Shown here: in pieces, positions 25,551 through 37,841 of the stretch
Layout of the letters: each line of letters begins with the position of its first letter
Position numbering within the stretch: the stretch's first letter is position 1
DNA from: Hemiscyllium ocellatum
Lineage: Eukaryota
Direction of reading: 5' to 3'
Assembly (NCBI RefSeq): GCF_020745735.1
Contig: NC_083430.1
Span: 39,422,909 to 39,486,908 of the forward strand
DNA length: 64,000 bases
Made by a program: the position numbers and the translations under genes
Notes under the pieces: model-generated
Databases searched by the model: none
The model's input: only the letters and a program-made list of their open reading frames with translations
What the model was told of the DNA's origin: nothing

Positions 25551-25552
25551 AT
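25517..25552 (-). ncRNA. Minimal type-I hammerhead ribozyme motif
   Basis: Minus strand ATTC-CTGATGA-A-GGGC-TTAT-GCCC-GAAACGTC-GAAT: both conserved core boxes, a perfect 4-bp stem II, stem I ATTC/GAAT, palindromic ACGT stem III and a GUC cleavage triplet. Confidence 0.8.
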
Positions 25553-26652
25553 GTCTATTCCCAGCTTCCTGTTAGACAACCAATCTTCTATAAACGTTCC
25601 CTACAGTGTAAGCTTTCTCTTTCTGCAATAACCTTTGATGTAGTACCTTTTACGCCTTCTGGAAATCCAAATACTTCACCTGGATCTTGTCATCTACTGT
25701 ACAATACTTCTTCCAAGAACTCTACAAAGTTGGTCAACACATCTTCAATATATTTTCTAACATCTTCCTTATGATAGATATTGAGCTAACTGGCCTGTGG
25801 TTTCCTGCTTTCTAACTCTCTCCCTTTTTGAATAAAGGAGCTACATTTGCTACTTTACAATTTCATGGAATACTCTCCGAATCCAGTGAATTTTGTAAAA
25901 TTAAACCAAAACACATCAACTATCTCATGAGCCATTTATTTTAAGACCCAAGGATAGAGTTCATGAGGACCTGTGGACTTGTCAGCCCCTCAGCTCCAAT
26001 TGGCTCAGTACCACGTCCCTGTGTGAAAAAGAGAAATATTGACACACTACAAACTAAAAGTCCAGCAGGGAATCTTTTAAAAAAATACAAATTAAGAAAT
26101 AATACAAATAGAAATGCAGAGCCAGGCAACTTGTACCTGCATGATGGGAGCTGCTGGATCCCTTGTGATTCATAGTGACCACACCTGTAGCAAGTGTTGG
26201 TTACTTGAGGAATTCTGGCTCAGAACTGATGAGCTGAATTCTCAACTTCAACTGCTGCAACACATCAGGGAGGGGAAGAGTTACTGGATACTGTGTTTCA
26301 TGAGGTAATCACACCCCTTAGATTAACTACTTTGAATTTGATCAGTGATCAGGGAGAAGAGCGTGTGACTATAAGCAAGGCAAATTGAGGAATCCATAAG
26401 ATAATGCTGAAGGAGATTCAGCCCTTGAGTTTGTCGAATAGGTTCAAGTTTCTTGCTGTGTGGACAAAAGTGGGGGCTGTAAGGAGGATGAGCAAACTGA
26501 CCATAACACTATGGTACAGGGAACTATTTAAGAAGGGAAGAGAAATATTGTTGTAATCAGGCATAGTATATTGTTGTTGGTGGTGGTGGAGACGAGCATT
26601 GGAGGGGACAGACACTGCTCTCGTGGCCCAGATTGAAAGTCCTCAAGACTGT

Positions 26653-29116
26653 ATTAGGCAAGAACTTTCGAAAGCTGATTGGGGCAGATGTTCGCAGGTA
26701 AAGGGACGGCTGGAAAATGGGAAGCCTTCAGAAATGAGATAACGAGAATCCAGAGGAAGTATATTCCTGTTAGGGTGAAAGGAAAGGCTGGTAGGTATAG
26801 GGAATGCTGGATGACTAAAGAAATTGAGGGTTTGGTTAAGAAAAAGAAGGAAGCATATGTAAGGTATAGACAGGATAGATCAAGTGAATCCTTAGAAGAA
26901 TATAAAGAAAGTAAGGGTATACTTAAGAGGGAAATCAGGAGAGCAAAAAGGGGACATGAGATAGTTTTGGCAAATAAAAGTAAGGAGATTCCAAAGAGTT
27001 TTCACAAATACATTAAGGACAAAAGGGTAACTAGGGAGAGAATAGGGCCCCTCAAAGATCAGCAAGGTGGTTTTTGTGTGGAGCTGCAGAAAATGGGGTG
27101 GATACTAAATGAGTATTTTAGATTAGATTAGATTCCCTACAGTGTGGAAACAGGCCCTTCGGCCCAACCAATCCACACTGACCCTCCAAAGAGTAACCCA
27201 CCTAGACCCATTTCCCTCTGACTAATGCACCTAGCACTATGGGCAATTTAGCATGACCAATTCACCTGACCTGCACATCGTTGGACTGTGGGAGAAAACC
27301 AGAGCACCCAGAGGAAACCCACACAGACACGGGGAGAATGTGCCCGACCGTCTACCGAGGCTGGAATCGAACCCGGAACCCTGGTACTGTAAGACAGCAG
27401 TGCTAACCACTGAGCCACTGTGCTGTTCCAGTATTTACTGTAGAAAAGGATATGGAAGATATAGATATATGTAGGGAAGTAGATGGTGACATCTTGTAAA
27501 ATGTTCATATTACAGAGGAGGAAGTGCTGAATGCCTTGAAATGCATAAAAGTAGATACATCCCCAGGACCTGATCAGGTATACTCTTGAACTCTGTGGGA
27601 AGCTAGAGAAGTGATTGCTGGGCCTCTTGCTGAGATATTTGTATCATCGATAGTCACAGATGAGGTGCCAGAAGACTGAAGGTTGACTAACGTAGTGCCA
27701 CTATTTAAGAAGGGTGGTAAGGACAAGCCAGGGAACTATAGACCAGTGAGCCTGACCTCGGTGGTGGGCAAGTTGTTGGAAGGAATCCTGAAGGACAGGA
27801 TATACATGTATTTGGAAAGGCAAGGACTGATTAGGGATAGTCAATATGGTTTTGTGCATGGGAAATCATGTCTCACAAACTTGACTGAGTTTTTTGAGGA
27901 AGTAACAAAGAGGATTGATGAGGCAGAGCGGTAGATGTGATCTATATGGACTTCAGTAAGGCGTTCGACAAGGTTTCCCATGGGAGACTGATTAGCAAGG
28001 TTAGATCTCACGGAATACAGGGAGAACTAGCCATTTGGATATAGAACTGGCTCAAAGGTAGAAGACAGAGGGTAGTGGTGGAGGGTTGTTTTTCAGATTG
28101 GAGGCCTGTGACCAGTGGAGTGCCACAAGGATCAGTGCTGGGTCCTCTACTTTTTGACATTTACATAAATGATTTGGATGCGAGCATAAGAGGTACAGTT
28201 AGTAAGTTTGCAGATGACACCAAAATTGGAGGTGTAATGGACAGTGAGGAGGATTACTTGAGATTACAACAGGGTCTTGACCAGATGGGCCAGTGGGCTG
28301 AGAAGTGGCAGATGGAGTTTAATTCAGTTAAAAGCGAGTTGCTGCATTTTGGGAAAGCAAATTTTAGCAGGACTTATACACTTAATGGAAAAGTCCTAGG
28401 GAGTGTTGCTGAACAAAGAGACCTTGGCGTGCAGGTTCATAGCTCCTTGAAAGTTGAGTCGCAGGTAGATAGGATAGTGAAGAAGGCGTTTGGCATGCTT
28501 TCCTTTATTGGTCAGAGTATTGAGTACAGGAGTTAGGAGGCCATGTTGCGGCTATACAGGACATTGGTTAGGCCACTGTTGGAATATTGTGTGCAATTCT
28601 GGTCTCCTTCCTGTCAGAAAAATGTTGTGAACCTTGAAAGGGTTCAGAAAAGATTTACAAGGATATGGCCAGGGTTAGAGGATTTGAGCTTAGGGAGAGG
28701 CTGAACAGGCTGGAGTTGTCATCTCAGAGGCTGAGGGGTGACCTTATAGAGGTTTACAAAATTATGAGGAGTATGGATAGGGTAAATAGGCAAAGTCTTT
28801 TACCTGGGGTCAGGGAATCCAGAACTAGAGGGCATAGGTTTAGGGTGAGAGGGGAAAGCTATAAAAGAGACCTACGGGACAACTGTTTCACACAGAGGGT
28901 GGTACTTGTATGGAATGAGCTGCCGGAGGAAGTGGTGGAGGCTGGTACAATTGCAAAATTTAAGAGGCATTTGGATAGGTATATGAATAGGAAGGGTTTG
29001 GTGGGATATGGGCCAGGTGCTGGCAGGTGGGACTAGATTGGGTTGGGATATCTGGTCGGCATGTACGGGTTGGACCAAACAGTCTGTTTCCATTTGGTAC
29101 ATCCCTATGACTCTAT
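26653..29116 (+). mobile_element. Young 5'-truncated CR1 LINE (ORF2 part)
   Basis: RT ORFs 27683-28536 and 28665-29036; (CTATGACT)n tail; GACTGT repeated at 26647-26652 and 29117-29122. Same family as the 36262 and 59495 copies. Confidence 0.92.
27119..27428 (-). mobile_element. tRNA-derived SINE (HE1-like shark SINE) nested in CR1
   Basis: Minus strand A box TGGCTCAGTGG and B box GGTTCGATTCC, CR1-like 3' end with (TCTAA)n tail. Interrupts the CR1 ORF2 between NEYF and VFT. Confidence 0.85.
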
Positions 29117-30920
29117 GACTGTGCTGCCTGCTCAGTGCCTTGTTAAGGGTATCTCATCTTAGTTGCAGAGGATCTTCAAGTGGGAGGGTAAGACCTAGTT
29201 GTAGATACCAACAATATAGGTACAATGAGGAAAGAGAATCTGCTGAGTGAATATGAGCAGCTAGGGACTAAATTAGAAAGCAGAACCAAAAAGATAACAA
29301 TCTCTGGTATGGCTCAAAGTTTGGTGTGGGTGAAACAGATTAAAATTCATGGGACATGAACACCAGTATTTGGGAAAGAGGGAGCTGTTCAGATGGGGTC
29401 GGCTCCACCTGGGTCATGCTGGGTCCAGATTCCTGGTGAATTGTACATCTTAGGCTGTGCATAGGGCTTTAAACTAAATAGTGAATGAGTGATTTCAGTT
29501 GTATGGAAAATTATAAAATCAAAGGCAACTGAGAAGGTAGGACTGCAGGATAGACATGGGGCTGATTGTTACTAGAAAGTAAAAGGGACAGAATGTGTGA
29601 ATGTATAATGTACCAAGGAACTATACAAGTATAGGCAAATTTGGTAATTGGACATATGTGAAGGCTTTGTTACCTTGAAGCATGAAGAATTAGGAACAAG
29701 CTAGACAAACTGATGACGCAAATCAAGGTACGTGAATATGATCTCATAGCAATGACAGAAACATGGTTAAAAGATCAAAGCTGGGAACTTAACATTCAGG
29801 GATATTTGATTTTACAGACCTTTGACCTTACATTTCTCTCTATTGTTATAAACAATAATTACACCACTCCACCTGCTCCTAGGTTTTCTGTCTTTCCTAA
29901 ATGACATGTACTATCAAGAGTCAGGTCCCAATCAGTGTCATCCTGCAGCCATGTCTTTGTAACAGCTATTACATCGTAATTATTCTTCCTATTGTTCTAT
30001 CAGTAGATCTGGGTTTTTTTGGAATTGTTCATACACTCAGACACAAAGCATTCCCCCAGGGGAAAATATCAAGCACTTGGAAATAAAGGTCTTGACGGTA
30101 TGAATCAAAGCAGTATATCTTGTTTGCCAATTTGACAGATTTTCCTTCTAGATTGGTTTTGTTTCTATTATTTTTGTAAACGAATCTGTTGATTCCGTCT
30201 TAGATTTTCACTCTGTATCCCATTCTTTCAGTCTGTTTATAATTTTCCATATTATTACATTTCCCTGTTGCCTTGCATTTTCTCTTTGATTTATCCCATC
30301 TTCCCAAATTTGATTCCTTGCCTTCACTTTTAATTGAAAACTCTATTTCCCCTGGTTTGAAGCTCACCATATTACTAGCCCCAGAAAGCCTCTTTTGACA
30401 GCACCTTCCATATACATGACCACTATCACCTAGAAGGCCAAAGAAAGTAATCTCCCTCCAAATCACACTCCTATTTTGGAACTGTATAATTACTTCATTT
30501 TTCTGGGTCAAAATCCTCTTCCAAACAGCACCATACATGTACCTAAAATAGTTCCAGGCTGTGATTCAGCATCAGCTTTTTAAGGACAATCATAAATACT
30601 TGCATTGCTGCAATGCTCTCATCTCATAAATGAAAAAATATGATGAGATGCTGTGTATCAATGTTGGTTTACCTTTAAGTGAACTGTAGCATTACCATTT
30701 ACTTTACTCGAATTATATTCAGTCTGTTGCACACTGAATACAGAAAACCCTGGGAACAGGTGGAATGATATTAATTATTGAGGATATTAGCACAATAGAG
30801 AGGAATGACATCAGTTCAGGAAATCAGAATGTAGATACGGTTTAAATAGAGCAATGAAAAACGCAAGAAATCTTATTTGGAAGTTGTGCACACACCCCTA
30901 ACAGTAACAGGGACTGTTCA

Positions 30921-31014
30921 TTCCTGATGAAGAGCTTTTGCCCGAAACGTCGATTTTCCTGCTCCTCGGATGCTACCTGACCTGCTGTACTTTTCCAGCA
31001 CACTGTAATCTAGA
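30921..31014 (+). mobile_element. Short Penelope-derived insertion with hammerhead core
   Basis: CTGATGA-AGAGC-TTTT-GCCC-GAAACGTC at 30924-30951; 9-bp TSD GACTGTTCA at 30912-30920 and 31015-31023. Confidence 0.83.
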
Positions 31015-33591
31015 GACTGTTCAAGACAGAGCATCACAACTTAGAAGTACAAATGTTCAAAACTGAAACTTACAGTCATGTTTATGTGGAGCTGAAACAC
31101 TGGCATGAACCAACTGAGCTGAACAGCCTGTTTTTGTGTTGTACATACTACGAATACTCCATGACAAATGAAATGACTCACTGTGCCAGTGAGTCGCTAA
31201 AAGATTTGGTCAACGCAGGTGCATGGAGGTACTTCCCAGGACTCTGCTGGGAAGCAAAATTTCAGAAACAAACACAAAAATTGCTGGGGAAACTCAGCAG
31301 GCCTGCCAGCATCTGTGGAGAGAAAGTGGTGTTAATGTTTCGAGTCCAGTGACCTTGGGTTGAGTTTTCCCAACAATTTCTGTTTTTGTTTCTGATTTCC
31401 AGTATCTGCAGTTGTGGTATTTTGTTTAGAAGCTATGCTTCAGGTTTGGATAAACTTGTTCAGTTGTGCAGCTGATGTCATGCCAACTCTGCCACAGATA
31501 ATGACCACAGCTCTCAATGTTTATGTCACAGGTGACGTTTGTCATTCATCACATTACAGAACAATGCCATTTACACAATTTGATAGTAGTCTCACTGGAA
31601 TGAGTGTCTGCATTTATCAGATCTCCTGGGGTTGTAGGGCTAATGATTTCCCCATGGCAATATTTACGATGTATAAGCTCCATGCTTCTATAAACCAAAA
31701 CACTTCATTTCTTAAACAAGAAATTGTTTACAAAGACAGACACAGCTTGATATGCATGAATTCTTGACAGCTTTGATAATGCCACATTTTTATACTTTGC
31801 CTTTCTAGTGCATTAGAATAGCAGAGGCAGAGGGAAAGGTGGCTGCAGGGAGACAAACACCTTATATACTTCCATGCCTCTCAACATCTCTATCCTGATG
31901 TAAGAGGATAGGAATTAATTATGCTGCTGGGATTACTGAAAAGGATAAAAGTTCATCTTCTAAAAATCTGCCTTCTCTCACCTAGATTTCTATTGTCAAT
32001 GTAGATTCTTTGCTCCTCATTGTATCTGAATGCTGCCTGTTACTGTATATGCTCACCATTGACTTGATGACAGAGCCAATTACTATGTCTGTGTGGGGGA
32101 GGGGACTGCACTGATTAGAGTATAGGGTGAGGAGTGAGAGGAAGTTGATCACAAAATGTATATGTTTGTGCATCAGGGGAAAGAGGAGTTGAACAGAGTT
32201 GGTGGGGAATGAAAGATTGTTACAGTATGTACGAGGGTGAAACGATGCTGATTACTATGTGTCAGTTAGGTGGGGAAGAAGATGGACCAATCACTAGACG
32301 TGAGATGAAATAGGGCTGATTGGCGTATGGTTATGGTCAGCTTCATCAAGCCATCTGTCATCAGGGATTGTTGAATCCATGACATAATTTCAATTTTTAA
32401 AATTAACCTATTTTTCTAATCAACCTGTTCAGAGATGTTCTTACACACTTCTGAAGCACATGGGACTTGAACCTGAGCCTCAGTCCAGGGATAGGGACAC
32501 TACCACTGCTCCATGAGTAACTGCATTTTTATAAAGCACTTTGAAACAGTTTTTCATTTAATTTGATCCATTCAGTACACTATCACCTATAATACCCAAA
32601 CTTTAATACTTATACACCGAATGTTACTATACTGGTTATTGCCATTTGTATCCACTGACACCTAGGAGTCACATTAATTCTTAAGCATTAAAATGATGTC
32701 AGGTTGAAAATTAGTTTCAGAAGTTTAAAACCTTCATCTTTGATAAATCTTTGGACATTTGACCTCACATCATGTGTACCTCAGTATCATACCTTATTTA
32801 ATATTGCTCCTGTGAAGTTGTTTGGGATGTTTCATTGTGTTAAAGATGCTATAGATAGATAGTACTCTGCTGAGGTTTGTGAACATTCTGGAAGAAGCTG
32901 TAACAAGATCTCCTATTAAGTGCAGCAGCTGGTCAACGAAACACAGATAAAAACAGGTAAAGTGTCTCACACCTGCACACACACACCAAGATAAAAAAAA
33001 ATGAGTGGCAAGGGCACTGCTTGTCACTGGACCACTCGGGTGTTTGCCTATCTTGAGAAAAAGAGAGGAAAAACAGGTAAAAAGGGCATATATAGGAATG
33101 CAGCATATGAACGTGGTGATGGAATGTCTGCTGTACAGGATGAGCTAAGGTGGAGTAAATGATTTTCCTTTGGGCTTCTCAGGACTAGTGCTGCAGAACA
33201 AGGCTCTGAACAGTGGATGATTAAAAAAGGTAAGCCTGATGTGTTTGATTCCATAGTTTTGAGTTGTCCAACCAGACTGTTTGAAGGAGAAAATAGCAAA
33301 GTAAAACATCTTTATTGGGTACCTATTTATATAAAAAAAAAATTCAACATACTGGAGACAACTCATTTTTCAAAAATTTCCACTCCAAGCACTACAAGGA
33401 GTCAATTAGCTGCTGACTTCCTTCAGTCCATCTTGCTATCAGTGGGTGAATCCATGGCTGAACTGTTACAAGTGTGGAAATGTCCTGTATATACATCCAC
33501 ACAGGAAACCAGCAAGCATTTGGAGAGATGTTAACTCCATTAGAGTCTATATCAAGTGAAGCCAATCACCACAGGCACCGAATTGAAGAAT

Positions 33592-36215
33592 TCACGTAGT
33601 GTTGAAGTCTGTGTGCGCATGGGAGAGCTGCATCAGCTCCTCCTCCACATTCTCCTCAGTTGATTTCACATATTTCTCCTGAGCATCCATGGACCTGCTC
33701 ATCGCTAAGGAAATATACAGGATAATAATAATAATAATGCAAATTGGGTAACAAAATGCAAAAAAGGACTGCAGAGAGAGGATGTGTGCAAAGCAAAGCA
33801 AGTGCAAGCAAATAATGGGGTAGGGAAGATAGAAGATGGAGAGACACAGACTGGAGACGGTATGAAAGGGAGAGAGGCAGAGTATGGAGGAGGAGGAGAG
33901 AAGTGAAAATGTGGGTGGTGGTGATGGGGGAAAAGAAAAGAGATAGAGTTAATGAACAGCAGCTTGTCACAGTTTGTAGTACATTAAGCCAGTAATTATA
34001 GATCCAATGTGCTAATAAGAACACATAAAAGGATACATGGTGAACTGGAAATCTGCTCCCACAGCTGCAGACATCATGGCTTCCAAAGTTCTCTGCTCTG
34101 AGTCCCCAAAGCAGTATCCGTTGGCCTTATCGACAGCCCTCATCACATGCTTCATGGTCTCTTTATCCTGTACAAAAAGATCATTTTCATCTTTCAAAGT
34201 GAATTAAACATCTTCAGCGCGAACTGGCATAATCTACGGAAAATCTAAACTCCAGTCCTCAAATTCACAGCGAGATATGCCCTAAACTGATATAAACTTT
34301 GCATGGATCTGAAAACACATTCACCCCCAACACTCCAATATCCTCTTACTATCTCCAAATCAATATTTCTCAAACTTGAATAACCCTTACACTATGTTTA
34401 TTAAGAGTGTTCATACATCCATACAATCAAAGCACTAACCCCAATCTTCGTGCATCCCAACACACATTTCACAATATTGTTACACCGTAAATCCAACGAT
34501 CAAGCTGCACCCTATAGTTTCACTGCTGTAATACTGTGTCCTGACAGGTTTGTAATATTCTGAAACACCTATAAGTTTATTGATATTATTAGAAAGCCAG
34601 TTACTAAGAAGCAATGCACCTGCACATTAAGTGGTATAAAGGAAACCAGACCGTAATCTTCAATCACTTCCACCAGCTTCTTATTTAAACGTCGAAAGCT
34701 TTTGAAGAAAGGGTCTTTGGCTAAATGATCCAACAGGTAAGACAGATCCAACACCTCAGTATAATAATCTAGATTGAATGCTGAAAAAGAGAGAAAATAG
34801 ACCTTAGTCTAAGCAAATGCTCACACTTGCTGATAGCCCAGAGCTCATGTGATATCATCCTCTCCATACAAGGCAACAGCTGTATTTTCAATATCACATG
34901 AATATGAAGTGAATTAACAGGAAGCAAAGTATTTTCAGCTGTAAATGATCAATATTAGAAATTAGAATGAACTTTAGCAAATCCAGTTTAGGGTTTACCC
35001 CTCCTTATAGCACCAGAGCTCCCAGCTCTTCCAGATAGGGCATATATTCGGTCATAGGCTTAGGACCCCCCAAGTCCTTCATTGATCTTGGTGTTTAGGA
35101 ATCACCCAGCTTCCCTCCAAACAGTTCAATGAATCCTTCCACTTTATTACAAATATCCCTTACCTAATTTTCCAAACTGTTCAATGAGATCCATTTTGGA
35201 GAGGATGTTGACATGAGGTAACTCCACTTGCAGCATGGTGGACAGGGATGTGCATAGGATGGAAATAAACTTTGCAGGATCAGTGCAGTAGTGAGAATCT
35301 ACCAGATGGACAGCTGTTAGCTGCACAAAGACACACAAACAGATTAACATAGTGTGAGAGCTTACTCTATTACTTCAGTACATTCCCTATTGTCTCTTTT
35401 CCCTTTCTGTTGCGATAGATGTCCCTGCTTTCTTCACTTGAGCAACTACCCATAGTGTGGGTGTACCCAATGAGCGACAATGGATTCAGTTTCAGAGTTG
35501 GGCCCTGCCCTCAGCAACCCTCACCATATTTCTCCTTCTCAAACCAAAATCCCAGGAGACTGACTGTAACATCTCTATCATAAACCTGACAGAATCACTA
35601 ACTGAGTACAGATGAGAAGTCAAAACCTCTGATCTATATGACTCAGTGCCATACCAAACAGCTTCTTTGACCAGGAAAGAAGGGCAATCCTCAAGTAAAA
35701 CTTTCAGAATCACACCTGAAACACTGGGTATTCTCACTATCAATACTGACTGACTTGCTGCATGTTTCCAAAATTTTAGCCCTCGAGTATGAATTTACCC
35801 TGAAATTCCACTTGGTTAACTGTGCAAGGATGTTCCTCACAGAGCAGTTGTGTGTGTACAGCTCCACCTGACCAGGACAGTCAAAAAGGAAATAACAGTC
35901 CTTGAATTGTTCCAGCTTGTCCAGTAGCCAATCCAGATTTTCCTCTAAGTATTCCATGCAGTAAATGAGTCCTCCATTAGGGCCAAGTCCAAGGCCATCC
36001 ATAACATCATCAAGTTTCACCAGCTCACCAATGTCCACACAACACTGGTATGGAATGAGGTCATTAGCAGGGTCAAGGTTCACTACTGCCACCTTACGAC
36101 CTAGCTTGGAGAGAAACTCTTGCATCCCCAAGCAGTAGGTAGTCTTCCCTGAGCCAGGTGGCCCAATAACTATCTGGCCAAAAATTACAGTGCGAGGCCT
36201 GGACTCTTCCGACAT
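33592..36215 (-). CDS. GPN2: GPN-loop GTPase 2; complement(join(33592..33694,34037..34167,34620..34780,35164..35320,35799..36215)), 322 aa; an in-frame upstream ATG at 36242 could add 9 aa
   Basis: P-loop [15 protein letters not shown] (GPN loop), [38 protein letters not shown]. Exon sizes 417/157/161/131/103 are in frame. AATAAA at 33311-33316 (minus). Confidence 0.97.
33695..34036 (-). other. GPN2: U12-type (minor spliceosome) GT-AG intron, last intron of GPN2
   Basis: 5' splice site GTATCCTTTT; branch sequence TTCCTTAGC (33712-33704) ending 9 nt before the exon; no polypyrimidine tract. Confidence 0.9.
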
Positions 36216-36261
36216 CTTAACTGGATCCCTGGGGTTCGTCATTGACACAGGCCTGTAAGAC

Positions 36262-37841
36262 AGAGTCATAGAGTCATGGAGATGTACAGCACGGAAACAG
36301 ACCCTTTGGTCCAACTCATTCATGTTGACCAGATATCCCAACCCAATCTATTCCCACCTGCCAGCACCCAGCCCATATCCCTCCACAAATCCTTCCTATT
36401 CATATACCCATCCAGATGCCTTTTAAATGTTGCAATTGTATGAGCTTCTACCACTTCCTCTGGCAGCTCATTCCATACACATACCACCCTCTGCGTGAAA
36501 AAGTTGCCCTTTAGGTCTCTTTTTATATCTTTCCCCTCTCACCCTAAACCTATGCCCTTTTGTTCTGGACTACTCCATCTCAGGGAAAAGACTTTGTATT
36601 TACCCTATCCATGCCCCTCATGATTTTATAAACCTCTATAAAGGTCACCCCTCAGCCTCAAACACTCCAAGAAAAACAGCCCCAGCCTATTCAACCTCTC
36701 CCTATAGCTCAAATCCTCCAACCCTGGCAACATTCTTGTAAATCTTTTCTGAACTCTTCAAGTTTCACAACATCCTTCTGATAGGAAGGCGACCAGAATT
36801 GCACACAATATTCCAAAAGTAGCCAAACCACTGTCCCCGTACAGCCACAACATTCACTCCCAACTCCTGTACTCAATACTCTGCCAAAAAGGAAAGCATA
36901 CCAAATGTCTTCTTCATTATCCTATCTACCTGCGACTCCACTTTCAAGGAGCTGTGAACCTGCACTCCATTTTGTTCAGTAACACTCCCTAGGACCTTAC
37001 CATTAAGTGCATAAGTCCTGCTAAGGTTTGTTTTCCCAAAATGCAGCACCTCACTTTTATCTGAAATAAACTTCATCTGCCACTTCTCAACCCACTGGCC
37101 CAGCTGATCAAGATCCCATTGTAATCCGAGGTAACCCTCTTCCCTGTCCACTACACCTCCAATTTTGGTGTCATCTGCAAACTTACTAACTATATCTCTT
37201 ACGCTCACATCCAAATCATTTATATAAATGTCAAAACGTAGTGGACCCAGCACTGATCTTTGTGGCACTCCAATTGTCACAGGCCTCCAGTCTGAAAAGC
37301 AACCCTACACCACCTCCCTGTCTTCTACCTTTGAGCCAGTCCTGTATCCAAATGGCTAATTCTCCCTGTATTCCGTGAGATCTAACCTCGCTAACCAGTC
37401 TCCAATGGGGAACCTTGTCGAACACCTTACTGAAGCACATATTGATCACATCTACTGCTCTGCTCTCATCAATCCTCTTTGTTACTTTTTCAAAAAAACT
37501 CAAGCAAGTTTGTGAGACATGATTTCCCATGCACAAAGCCATGTTGACTATCCCTAATCAGTCCTTGCCTTTCCAAATACATGTACATCTTGTCCCTCAG
37601 GATTCCATCCAATAACTTGCCCATCACTGACATCAGGGTCACCGGTCTATACTTCCCTGGCTTGTCCTGATCACCTTTCTTAAACAATGGCACCATATTA
37701 GCCAACCTCCAGTCTTCCGGCACCTCACCTGTGACTATCGATGATACAAATATCTAAGTAAGGGGGCTAGCAATCACTTCCCTAGCTTCCCATACAGTTC
37801 TAGGGTACACCTGATCAGGTCCTGGGGCTTTTTCCACTTTT
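36262..37841 (-). mobile_element. Young 5'-truncated CR1 LINE in GPN2 intron 1, sense to the gene
   Basis: RT ORFs 37490-37723, 37231-37542 and 36873-37280; (ATGACTCT)2 tail ending ~9 nt from the acceptor. Confidence 0.92.

Larger units (their letters stand above)
26110..29810 (+). mobile_element. Old CR1 5' portion (ORF1 Cys motif and esterase, start of EN), hosting a nested younger CR1 and SINE
   Basis: CTCMM...HTCSKCWLLEE ORF1 motif at 26114-26308; host sequence resumes at ~29120. Confidence 0.7.

Noticed and set aside
27350-27428. tRNA-like sequence
   Set aside because: It is the head of a SINE; no complete cloverleaf.
31400-33100. Apparently non-repetitive stretch with short ORFs between DHDDS and GPN2
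   Set aside because: No recognisable protein or RNA motif and no coherent exon chain.
33160-33205. Minus-strand peptide LFCSTSPEKPKGKS resembles LIN28A VFCIGSERRPKGKS at the position where LIN28A might be expected
   Set aside because: Only 8/14 identity, no cold-shock or CCHC motifs nearby, and a match of this size is plausible by chance. TBLASTN would be needed to revive it.
36253-36341. N-terminal part of the 216-aa GPN2 ORF (MGYLVNM...)
   Set aside because: Read-through into the CR1 3' UTR upstream of the splice acceptor; not GPN2 coding.
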